From NCBI RefSeq assembly GCF_001194135.2, contig NC_068984.1, forward strand, positions 98,477,389 to 98,509,534: a stretch of DNA of 32,146 nt, given 5' to 3'. Positions 1 through 9,394 of the stretch are shown piece after piece. Position 1 is the stretch's first letter. Each line of letters begins with the position of its first letter. The position numbers were made by a program, and so were the translations under genes. This stretch comes from Octopus bimaculoides. Lineage: Eukaryota. The notes beneath the pieces are model-generated. The model was not told where the DNA came from and did no database searches. It worked only from the letters and a program-made list of their open reading frames with translations.

Positions 1-304
1 TATGTCCATATCTCTATATATGATTCATATATGTTTATATACCTACATGTCTATATGCCTACATGTCTATTTTTCACTGACATTTAAATTTCTATTTGTT
101 TATTTGCATTTATATGCATTTTTCTATATCTATATACGTATATGATTATACTGCTGGGCACCTGTGCATCTTTTTACTTATGTATGCACTTATATACACT
201 GATTATATAGACATATGCATGTCTTTTGATATATTCCTTTCTATATGTTAGCATCTATAAGTGTGCATGCATATATATGTGTGTATGGATAGGTATGTAT
301 ATAC

Positions 305-337
<33 letters not shown>

Positions 338-434
338 TGTGTAAATATATGGTTGTATGTGTCTGTATATGTATATGTGTATGTGTCTTTATACAACTAT
401 GTATGTGAGTGTGTATGCATGTATGAATGTGTTC

Positions 435-480
435 ACTCCAGCATGACCGCAGCTGCATGGCTGAAAGGAATAAAAGAATA
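435..480 (+). mobile_element. 3' terminal fragment of CORE-type SINE family
   Basis: CTCCAGCATGACCGCAGC...GGCTGAAAGGAATAAAAGAATA resembles the 3' ends of the longer copies at 4563-5010 and 13856-14275. Confidence 0.6.
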
Positions 481-497
481 TATGTGTGTGTGTGTGT

Positions 498-790
498 GAA
501 GGCTCATAGCTCAGTGGTTAGAGCGTTGGGTTGACAATCATGAAATAATGAGTTTTGCTCCCAGACTGGGCTGTGTGTTGTGTTCTTGAGCAAGACATTT
601 CATTTCACGCTGCTCCAGTTCACTCATCTGCAGAAATGTCACTGGTGCCAAGCTGTATTGGCCTTTGCTTTTCTCTTAGATAACATCAGTGTCATATAGA
701 GTGTAGGCTGGCATGCAATGGGTGACTGCTGGTCTTCCATAAACAACCTTGTCCAGACTTGTACATTGGAGGGGAACTTTCATGACTGAA
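498..790 (+). mobile_element. tRNA-derived SINE (A/B boxes, CORE-like segment, body resembling an RTE 5' UTR)
   Basis: A-box TAGCTCAGTGG at 507-517; degenerate B-box GAGTTTTGCTCC at 550-561; CORE-like GTTGTGTTCTTGAGCAAGACATTT at about 577-600. Confidence 0.75.
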
Positions 791-830
791 ACAGTTTGAT
801 TTGGTCTCTGTGCTACTTTAAGTTTTACAG

Positions 831-857
831 GACCCTAACAGATCCCATCTCCTTCAG
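831..857 (+). CDS. candidate 27-nt micro-exon of an unidentified host gene
   Basis: TTTTACAG|G acceptor and CAG|GTATCT donor; length divisible by 3; two open frames (DPNRSHLLQ or TLTDPISF). Splice signals only. Confidence 0.25.
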
Positions 858-965
858 GTATCTGAATAATACATGTAACTCCTACTAAAAGTGTTGAGCA
901 CCCTTTTCTTTCATTTGTCCACTCACTCACTCACTCACTCATATATATATGTGTGTATATATATA

Positions 966-1527
966 NNNNNNNNNNNNNNNNNNNNNNNNNNNNNNNNNNN
1001 NNNNNNNNNNNNNNNNNNNNNNNNNNNNNNNNNNNNNNNNNNNNNNNNNNNNNNNNNNNNNNNNNNNNNNNNNNNNNNNNNNNNNNNNNNNNNNNNNNNN
1101 NNNNNNNNNNNNNNNNNNNNNNNNNNNNNNNNNNNNNNNNNNNNNNNNNNNNNNNNNNNNNNNNNNNNNNNNNNNNNNNNNNNNNNNNNNNNNNNNNNNN
1201 NNNNNNNNNNNNNNNNNNNNNNNNNNNNNNNNNNNNNNNNNNNNNNNNNNNNNNNNNNNNNNNNNNNNNNNNNNNNNNNNNNNNNNNNNNNNNNNNNNNN
1301 NNNNNNNNNNNNNNNNNNNNNNNNNNNNNNNNNNNNNNNNNNNNNNNNNNNNNNNNNNNNNNNNNNNNNNNNNNNNNNNNNNNNNNNNNNNNNNNNNNNN
1401 NNNNNNNNNNNNNNNNNNNNNNNNNNNNNNNNNNNNNNNNNNNNNNNNNNNNNNNNNNNNNNNNNNNNNNNNNNNNNNNNNNNNNNNNNNNNNNNNNNNN
1501 NNNNNNNNNNNNNNNNNNNNNNNNNNN
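966..1527. other. assembly gap (other large gaps: 2791-3486, 15279-15943, 30067-30934; small: 10135-10144, 17808-17817, 29442-29479, 29768-29777)
   Basis: runs of N. Confidence 1.
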
Positions 1528-1860
1528 ATGTTCGCATTGGTGAATATTTTCCCTGTTTTTGTGTTCATATATGGGCCGGTATGAATTGATTGGCATGTAC
1601 TGCATTGGCTATCATTGCATTTGGACACAGTGAATGTTTGATTTTTGTTGCTGAGGTCAAACCTTACCTTTGTTAATAGCTTTTTCAAGTTTTTAGGTTG
1701 TCTCTTACTGAGAGTTATACTTTGATCTGTAATGATATTTCTCAATTCCTTAATTTGTGCAAGGATTGGTAAGTTCACTTTAGCGATATTGAAGATGTTC
1801 TGGTGGCATGGATTGTGTATCACTATAAATGGTATGATTTGTTCATCCAAGAAAGTTAGG
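1528..1860 (-). mobile_element. Penelope-like element fragment A (RT-to-GIY-YIG linker with Cys motif), 5'-truncated, 3' end in gap
   Basis: IIPFIVIHNP...SKRQPKNLKKLLTK...VSKCNDSQCSTCQSIHTG matches the PLE linker pattern PFxxTxNP / RQPxNL / CxxxxCxTC. Confidence 0.8.
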
Positions 1861-1980
1861 GGTTGTGAATCCAACCCACTAAGGAATAATATCTATCCGA
1901 TATACTGCCGGAAGGATACCCAATTACTATTACACTAGTGTTTTTATCGAGTGCAATAAATGGGTGCGGGTAAAAGGAAA
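1852..1980. repeat. about 130-bp structured interspersed repeat, copy 1 (inverted relative to 12625-12750)
   Basis: reverse complement aligns over its length to 12625-12750; conserved GGGTTG-N6-CAACCC hairpin and ACACTAGTGT palindrome. Confidence 0.8.
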
Positions 1981-2150
1981 TTTTACCCTTAATTTATACA
2001 GCAATAAGAAAATGGAGAGGAATATGTGGTACTCATCAACTTGCAGACATTGTATTATGTCAATTTGCCTGTTTATTTTTCAGCTAAGAGCACAGGACCT
2101 GTCTTCTTAGTTGAAAACCCGTTGGTTTTCAATATATCTAGATAGACAGA

Positions 2151-2790
2151 TAGATATATTGAAAACCAACGGGTATCCTAGATCCGTTATAAATTGGTTT
2201 AAGTACCTGAGATGACCAACACGCTGAACACAGAAAACCCAGCAACACATGCTTCCTTAAAATACCCCATTTTAGCGAGAGGATAACTACGGCCATCTGA
2301 AGACCCATAAGAAGAGAAGTGCTAGACATACAACTAGCCCACTCCGACCCCTCTCTGAGAGGACACCTCGCAAAGAAACGAACAAGGGACAACAATCAAT
2401 GCACATTACCAAATTGTCCCATCTATGACACAGATTTATGCCAACGGGTAAATGTTGTGTATAGAATACAATGTAACAAATGCAACAAGTTCTATGTGGG
2501 TAGCACAACAAGACCATTACACATCCGCATCAAAGAACATCTGAACACGAGAGCCTCCTCCTTCAGAAAACATCTAGACAGATGCCGGAACACTGACAAA
2601 AGCATAACAGTCACAATTGAGGACAGTGAAAGAAATTTGGTTAATTTAAGAATCAAGGAAGCATTACTCATACACAGACTAGGATCCCAAATTAACAACA
2701 GGCTGGAGGTTGGTAATCAATATATTATTTAGCTACATCTGGACGTGTGTAGGTTCATTCTTAATAACATGCTCATGTATTGTTTATAAC
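2151..2790 (+). mobile_element. Penelope-like element fragment B (RT thumb end, linker, GIY-YIG endonuclease)
   Basis: DILKTNGYP (about 2153-2179), LKIPHFSE, then ORF 2319-2732 with NVVYRIQCNKCNKFYVGSTTRPLHIRIKEH...LRIKEAL...IN; stops and a frameshift upstream; 3' UTR enters gap. Confidence 0.9.
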
Positions 2791-3605
2791 NNNNNNNNNN
2801 NNNNNNNNNNNNNNNNNNNNNNNNNNNNNNNNNNNNNNNNNNNNNNNNNNNNNNNNNNNNNNNNNNNNNNNNNNNNNNNNNNNNNNNNNNNNNNNNNNNN
2901 NNNNNNNNNNNNNNNNNNNNNNNNNNNNNNNNNNNNNNNNNNNNNNNNNNNNNNNNNNNNNNNNNNNNNNNNNNNNNNNNNNNNNNNNNNNNNNNNNNNN
3001 NNNNNNNNNNNNNNNNNNNNNNNNNNNNNNNNNNNNNNNNNNNNNNNNNNNNNNNNNNNNNNNNNNNNNNNNNNNNNNNNNNNNNNNNNNNNNNNNNNNN
3101 NNNNNNNNNNNNNNNNNNNNNNNNNNNNNNNNNNNNNNNNNNNNNNNNNNNNNNNNNNNNNNNNNNNNNNNNNNNNNNNNNNNNNNNNNNNNNNNNNNNN
3201 NNNNNNNNNNNNNNNNNNNNNNNNNNNNNNNNNNNNNNNNNNNNNNNNNNNNNNNNNNNNNNNNNNNNNNNNNNNNNNNNNNNNNNNNNNNNNNNNNNNN
3301 NNNNNNNNNNNNNNNNNNNNNNNNNNNNNNNNNNNNNNNNNNNNNNNNNNNNNNNNNNNNNNNNNNNNNNNNNNNNNNNNNNNNNNNNNNNNNNNNNNNN
3401 NNNNNNNNNNNNNNNNNNNNNNNNNNNNNNNNNNNNNNNNNNNNNNNNNNNNNNNNNNNNNNNNNNNNNNNNNNNNNNNNNNNNNNTGTGTGTGTGTGCA
3501 TGTGTGTGTATTTGTGTGTGTGTATTTGTGTGTCTGTCTGTGAGTTCTGTGTACATATACATACCCATACTTGTACGTATGAGTTTCCTTTCCTTACATA
3601 TGCTT

Positions 3606-3651
<46 letters not shown>

Positions 3652-4330
3652 AAACACACATACACACATATTTTAGTGAGTATATGTGTCTGTAAATTTA
3701 TGTATATATATATGGATATATTTATATGTTAACATATGTATGTGTGTATATATGTGTGTACATTTGTGTACGTATATGAATATATTTATGTTTATGTATA
3801 TACATAGCAATATATATATAATATTTCTCTCTGTGTATGCATATGGTGTTCTCTATATATGTATAAGTGTATGCTTGCTAATGTGCAAATCTGTTAATTG
3901 TTAATCTGGCTTGAATCCCCTGTAGACAGTTTTATGATCTTAACAGGCCTTTTCTTTATCTCTCCTTTCCTTCTGTCTCTATATCTGTCTGTTTATCTGT
4001 CTCTCTCTCGATTTTAGAGTCGTTCACTTCCTATCTGTCTTCACTGGCTTTTGTCTTGGTTTTGTAGTCAGTCATATGTACAATGTGTGTCAACATATGT
4101 ATTCTATCTTTTATGTATGTTTATGAATACTCATTTATATTGGGGTTCATCATGCACCTAGGTATATACATATATATATACATAAAAATCATCGAAATGT
4201 TTATATGTTTGGAGGTAGCTTTTATCTTCCAAACTCTATACTCCCATTTCTTATATATTTTTATATTTTTCATAGTGATCATTTTCATATTTGTAGATAC
4301 TTTCCAAAATAAACTTGTACTTAAATTTAG

Positions 4331-4404
4331 AAGTTCTAAGGAAGCTACAAAGTGAGGCAAAGCACTCAGCTCTGAGTGCACTGCATCCTATAGCAGAAAC
4401 AGCT
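4331..4404 (+). CDS. candidate internal coding exon, (E)VLRKLQSEAKHSALSALHPIAETA
   Basis: TTTAG|AA acceptor and GCT|GTAAGC donor; open frame (phase 1 to phase 0); non-repetitive island within AT-rich flanks. Confidence 0.45.
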
Positions 4405-4562
4405 GTAAGCTAATGAAGTTCATTGTATAATTTCCTGTTCCTTTGTCATTTATTTAATTTCCTATTATACTCTGCTCATATTATACTGTGCCCTACTAAT
4501 GCTTTATTCTAAAACATACGTAAATTGAGTTCTAACATAAAATTATTAGTATTATTATGCCT

Positions 4563-4761
4563 GGCACAGGAGTGGCTGTGGTAAGTAGCTTGTTTACCAA
4601 TCACAAGGCTGTGGGTTCAGTCCCACTGTGTGGCACCTTGGGCAAGTGTCTTCTACTATAGCCTCAGGCCGACCAAAGCCTTGTGAGTGGATTTGGTAGA
4701 TGGAAACTGAAAGAATATACATGTATATATGTGTGTGTTTGTATGTGTATGTGTGTGTGTT

Positions 4762-4799
<38 letters not shown>

Positions 4800-5010
4800 T
4801 GTGTTTGTGTGCCTGTGTTTGTCCCCCCACCATCGCTTGACAACTGATGCTGGTGTGTTTATGTCTCCGTCACTTAGCAGTTTGGCAAAAGAGACCAATA
4901 GAATAAGTACTAGGCTTACAAAAATAAGTCCTGGTGTCGATTTGTTTGACTAAAGTTGGTGCTCCAGCATGGCCACAGTCAGTTGACTGAAACAGGTAAA
5001 AGAAAAGAAT
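4563..5010 (+). mobile_element. CORE-type tRNA-derived SINE with internal (TG)n microsatellite
   Basis: GGAGTGGCTGTGGTAAG head, GGTTCAGTCCC B-box, CCTTGGGCAAGTGTCTT CORE-like segment, 3' half ending GACTGAAAC; near-identical layout at 12433 and 13856. Confidence 0.85.
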
Positions 5011-5214
5011 ATATGTGTGTGTGTGTGTATGTGTGTATATATATATATATATCCTTAGCCGCTTCTTTGTTATGGCTGGTCAAAGTGATTTAGTTTTGCA
5101 AAGCTTTATCACATCTTTAAAGTTCTTGCAGCTTTATAGGTGTGAAACCAATGGTTACTGTCTGACCAGCCATAACAAGCAATCTTCTGAGTATTACTGT
5201 TTTAATGCTTTAGA

Positions 5215-5335
5215 GTGTGTTGGTGCAGTCTTCTGACTTTCCAGCTCCTGTCAAACTGTCCAACTCATGCCAGCATGGAAAACATATGTTAAATGATGAT
5301 GACGATGATGATGATGATGATGATGATGATGGTGA
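5215..5335 (+). mobile_element. RTE LINE 3' tail with (GAT)n
   Basis: GTCAAACTGTCCAACTCATGCCAGCATGGAAAAC..GTTAAA(TGA)n; same end as 31805-31870 (-), 16017-16075 (-) and 18850-18916 (+). Confidence 0.8.
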
Positions 5336-5386
5336 TGAACTACTGACCAATTATACACACACACACACACACATACAAATACATGT

Positions 5387-5427
<41 letters not shown>

Positions 5428-6489
5428 TAAAGAAAGAAATATATATGGTGAAATAAAAAGGCAAAAAAGAACAAAATGACCAGATTAATTCACAGTCACT
5501 GTTATTAGCTTGACACCCAAGAGAGTGAAAAGAGTTAATGGCTATTACAATGTGGACATTGTCCTTGTTTGGATAGTGGTAGAAGAGAGGAGGAAAGACC
5601 AGGAGAAAATGGATAAAGAAAAAATGGAAAAGGTGGTTGGAAAATTAAAATTGCAATCTCCAGGAGAGCTGTCATGTGGTACTGGTCTACAAGTTTTGTG
5701 TTGACTTGACTAGAGGTAAAGAGTAGACTAAATGGGGTATGTTTTGGCTGGAGAATGAATGTGAGGACAGGATGTGTGTATTTGTGTGTTGGTGACATGT
5801 TGTTTGCATGTGTGTGTGTGTGTGTGTGTGTGTAAGTGGTATGAGGAAGTAGTTTCTGTGTATTTAGTTCTCAATGTGTAATGTGGTATGTATATGAGTC
5901 TGTGTGTGGGTAAAGGTATTGAATAGTGTTTGTCAGTTGTATTCTGAAAGTATGTCTGTGTGTTCGTTTGCTGCAGGACTTATGGCTGCTAAACTAGGAG
6001 CTAGGCTGATGTATGTACCTGTGTACATATTAGTGTGTGTATGTGTGTGTGTGTGTCTATATGTATGTGAAGAATATGAAAGTAATTACACAGTGTATAC
6101 TATCATCTTTGTGATCTATGTATGTGAGTATGAGTCACTGCATGTGGGAGTGTGTATATGTGTATGTGTGTGTGTATGTCTTTTATATGTGTGTATGTTT
6201 GTGCATATGAAGAAATGTGCTTGTCAAATTGTAATGTATGTGTTCTTGAATTTGCTATGAATAATTATCAAATGAGTGTGGTTATTCATTTGTCATGTGT
6301 TTGTGTGTGTAACTGTATGTGTTTTGTGCATGTCTACTAGATATACAGGTTTGTGTGTGTATGTGAATGCAAAAATGTGTAATGGAAGTGTGTATTCAGT
6401 TATTATGAATATTGCTGCTTTATGTAAAAAAATGGTTGATTGTATGTGTATGTATGTGCATGCACGCACACGCACGTGTGTGTGTGTGT

Positions 6490-7990
6490 GTGCAGTGCAT
6501 TTGTATAGGAAAATGGCATTGACTTAAGGTTGAAGGTGGCATGGATTTGAAGAGAAAAAATAAAATACTGCTCTGTACATAACTTAAAGTTTGCAGATCA
6601 ATAGTATAGGATTATGCCAAGCACTAAGTTATCTGGGGAGTGAAAATGGTTAGAGACAGAGGTAAGGTGTCCAAGCTGAATGTCCAAAAGATGTTTCATG
6701 AATCATTTGACTAAATGGCTACTGGTTTGACTTATGTGCAAGTCATTGCAGAAGGAGCATTTTGTGCAATAGGTGACAGCGGTAGAGAGGTGCAGGTGAA
6801 GGAAAAACAAATGTGAAAAATAGAGTGTTTGGATCCTGGGAGGGAAGTCATGTTGACAAGAGATAGACAGTTGTGACAAGACTAGGAACAAAAAGTGAAT
6901 CCAAGAGAAGTAGGAGAGGGAACTAATAAGTCATGTATATTATGACATGCTTGAATGAGGGGGAGGATGGAACAAGAAAGAGAGGGAAGTTGGTAGGATT
7001 GGACTGCAGGAAGTGGAATAGCATGCTGGATCTTACAGTGGAAGGTTGGAAAAAGAGAAGATAAGGGATGCAGCTGGGAATGGGATGGGTGAAGATGGAG
7101 AGGACAGAGGTGTGGTTGATTTGGTGAGATTGGATTAGAGAGTGACTTGGACTAGAGAGGGAGGTATCCACGTCAGATGAAGAGACAGACCTGTATTATG
7201 AATGGGTTTCAAAGTCTTGGTTATGGTTGCACAAATGGCAGACAGAGGAGTCAGATATAAGGGATGACCTGTTTGGTGTGGGAGGGGTGAGAGAAGGAAA
7301 AATCAAAATTGGAGTGTGAGTGAATGGGCTTATAGAAGGCAGTGAGGGATGAGTGTTGATGAAGTTGTTGACAGAGATAGAGATGTCCTGAAAGTTAATG
7401 GGAAGGTTTCCGAGATGACATAGGAAACTTCAATGGAAGGATTGAAAGCAGTGACAAATGAGATGAAAATGTTCACAGACATTTTCATGGTACTGATACA
7501 GTCATCTAAAGCTCTGAATCTATACTGTCTTTTATAGAGTCTGTATAGTTCTGGGTCCAGTGAACTGTGAGAGGATTTGGGCCATGATGTAGCCAATAAA
7601 TAGGTTGACATAGTTGGAGCCCCTTTTTATACCTGTTAGTAGAACTTGCCAGCAAAAAGTTAAAAAAAGCAGTTAAGGTTAAGTACTAGTTCAGCAAAGT
7701 AGAGTATGATGTGCATAATGGGTTGAAAGATGGTTCAACAGTTGAGGTCAAGATACATATCAGTTCAATTGGGCAGCTACAAGTAAAGATTGTCAGGTGG
7801 CTAGGATTGTCAGGTTTATGAATTTTGGAGAGATTATGGATGGTAGAAGCACATGGTGTTTGGTTAGTGAGGTGAGTGGTGGTAAGGGGAAGAGAGGAGA
7901 AAAGTTAACAGATAGTGGAGGACACATACTGAGTGGATAAGTATATGAGTTGAAGGGCAGGAGACAATAGAACGTGGTGGGTAGGTTGGG
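6490..7990 (-). mobile_element. Penelope-like element C, heavily degenerate RT plus GIY-YIG (not visible in the ORF track)
   Basis: frameshifted motifs in order: LSKIHKPDNP..CSCPIELI (about 7770-7832), AELVLNLNCF, GSNYVNLFIGY, PELY..ALDDCIS (about 7493-7555), YKPIHSH..HPSHTKQVIPY, RGY (7164-7172), CHNC..FTCTS, C..C..LHISQT...KHLLD..VSNHF...EQYFIF. Confidence 0.8.
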
Positions 7991-8209
7991 TTTGTTAGTT
8001 GTGTAGGGTGGTGGTGATAATGTTAGAGAGGTGTTACTGAGCTGATTGTTGGAGGAAGGAAAGCAAGGTAGGGTTGGAGGTAGGATAGGATGAAATTGAA
8101 GTTATGGATGAAGGTGTATTGTTGTTAAGGGTAATGGGTGATGGTGCAATGAAGTTTTGCAGCTTTTAGCATATATGAGAAAGCTGAAGAGTTGATGGCT
8201 GAGGTGTAG

Positions 8210-9050
8210 AATAAGAGTTTTACTTCCATGCCTGGAATTTATTCTTAAGTAACACAACAAACTCCGCTATGAGGAGATCATCAGTATTAACAGGAGTCCC
8301 TATGGGTATCTGGTCTTAAAATTCTGTTGTGGTTTGGAGGACTACGTTAAATAAAAGGGAACTGTGAACAGAGCCCTAGCTAACTCCAGCATGCACACTA
8401 AGTTTATCACAGTATTCATTGCAAACACTCACCTTGCCTCAGCAGCAACAGCAGTAACATTGCAAGGACACATAACTGAAATATGTTGGAGCATTGGAGA
8501 GCTCCCTTAAGACCAAGCTAAATAACCACAGGTCTTCTTTAAGGAACCCTGAAAGGTGTGATGTTAAGACATGATCCAGATATATATGGGGATCAAAAGA
8601 TGAAGGGACACCACACAGAATTAATAAGAAGCTGTTGAAACAACCTGGGCCATATCTCAATGGAAGCAGATGATGCAAATTTGCTTGGTCAATAAGGCAA
8701 TGATCCTAAAAATATTGTATGATCCAGGTGCACTCCTGAATTTAGAAAATGAAATACTTAGTCAATGCTCTCATGACAGAAAATTTGTTATGGATTAGTA
8801 AATGAAAACATGAATATAAACTGAGCTATTTTGGACACAGCTGGAATTGATTGGAAGAGGTAACTTTGTCCCTCTTAAAAAGAGTCTTTTGTGTATCAAT
8901 ATTTTTTCACCACACAGACCAGGATTGTATTTTTGCTTTTATTACTAAAGAAGCTATGTGCTTCTGGCCAACAAGTCTGATGAGTTGCCTATACAGCCAA
9001 ATGGAATAGTAGATGTGAAACTAATGATTGAAACTTTCTGACAGGCAATA
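8210..9050 (+). mobile_element. Penelope-like element D, GIY-YIG C-terminus plus 3' UTR (degenerate)
   Basis: SFTSMP..HNKL, VYH, YVGALESSLKTKLNNHRSSLRN (8482-8547), SRYIW, PYLNGSR*C-ICLVNKAMIL, LLNLENEILSQCSHDRKF (8733-8786), stop at 8796-8798. Confidence 0.75.
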
Positions 9051-9083
9051 ACCAAGGATATACTTTTTGACTACATAAAATGT

Positions 9084-9394
9084 AACTACATGGTTCCAGG
9101 TTCAGTTCCATTGCATGACACCTTGGGCAGGTGTCTTCTGCTATAGCCTTGGGTTGACTAAAGCCTTGTGAGTGGATTTGGTAGATGGGAACTAAAAGAA
9201 GACTATCAAATATATATATATACATGTGTGCATGCTGGGGTTTGTCCCTCATCACCACTTGACAACCAGTGTTGGTGTGTTTATGTACTCATAATTTATT
9301 GGTTCACTAAAAAGAGACCAATAGTATAAGTACCATGCTTAAAGGAAAAGTACTGGAGTTGATTTGTTTGACTAAAATTCTTCAAGGCCACAGT
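9084..9394 (+). mobile_element. CORE-type SINE, truncated at both ends
   Basis: B-box region, CCTTGGGCAGGTGTCTT, internal TA/TG tract and 3' half; fused to an RTE 3' end. Confidence 0.8.

Noticed and set aside
498-575. tRNA gene
   Set aside because: A/B boxes only, no cloverleaf, and continuous with a SINE body; the same holds for the other SINE heads
4331-4404. Peptide start EVLRKLQSEA loosely recalls the N-terminus of ARFGEF3/BIG3 as I remember it
   Set aside because: Short match from memory, no in-frame ATG, and the other exon does not align without gaps; no gene symbol assigned
8255-8290. Minus-strand CTGATGA followed by a CTCC/GGAG stem (possible hammerhead)
   Set aside because: Followed by TTTG, not GAAA; no stem III or NUH. 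CTGATGA at 15083, 19112 and 28322 fail likewise.
8668-8670. In-frame TGA next to Cys in PLE D as possible selenocysteine
   Set aside because: It falls at the Arg of the RC motif (CGA-to-TGA decay) in a copy with many other lesions
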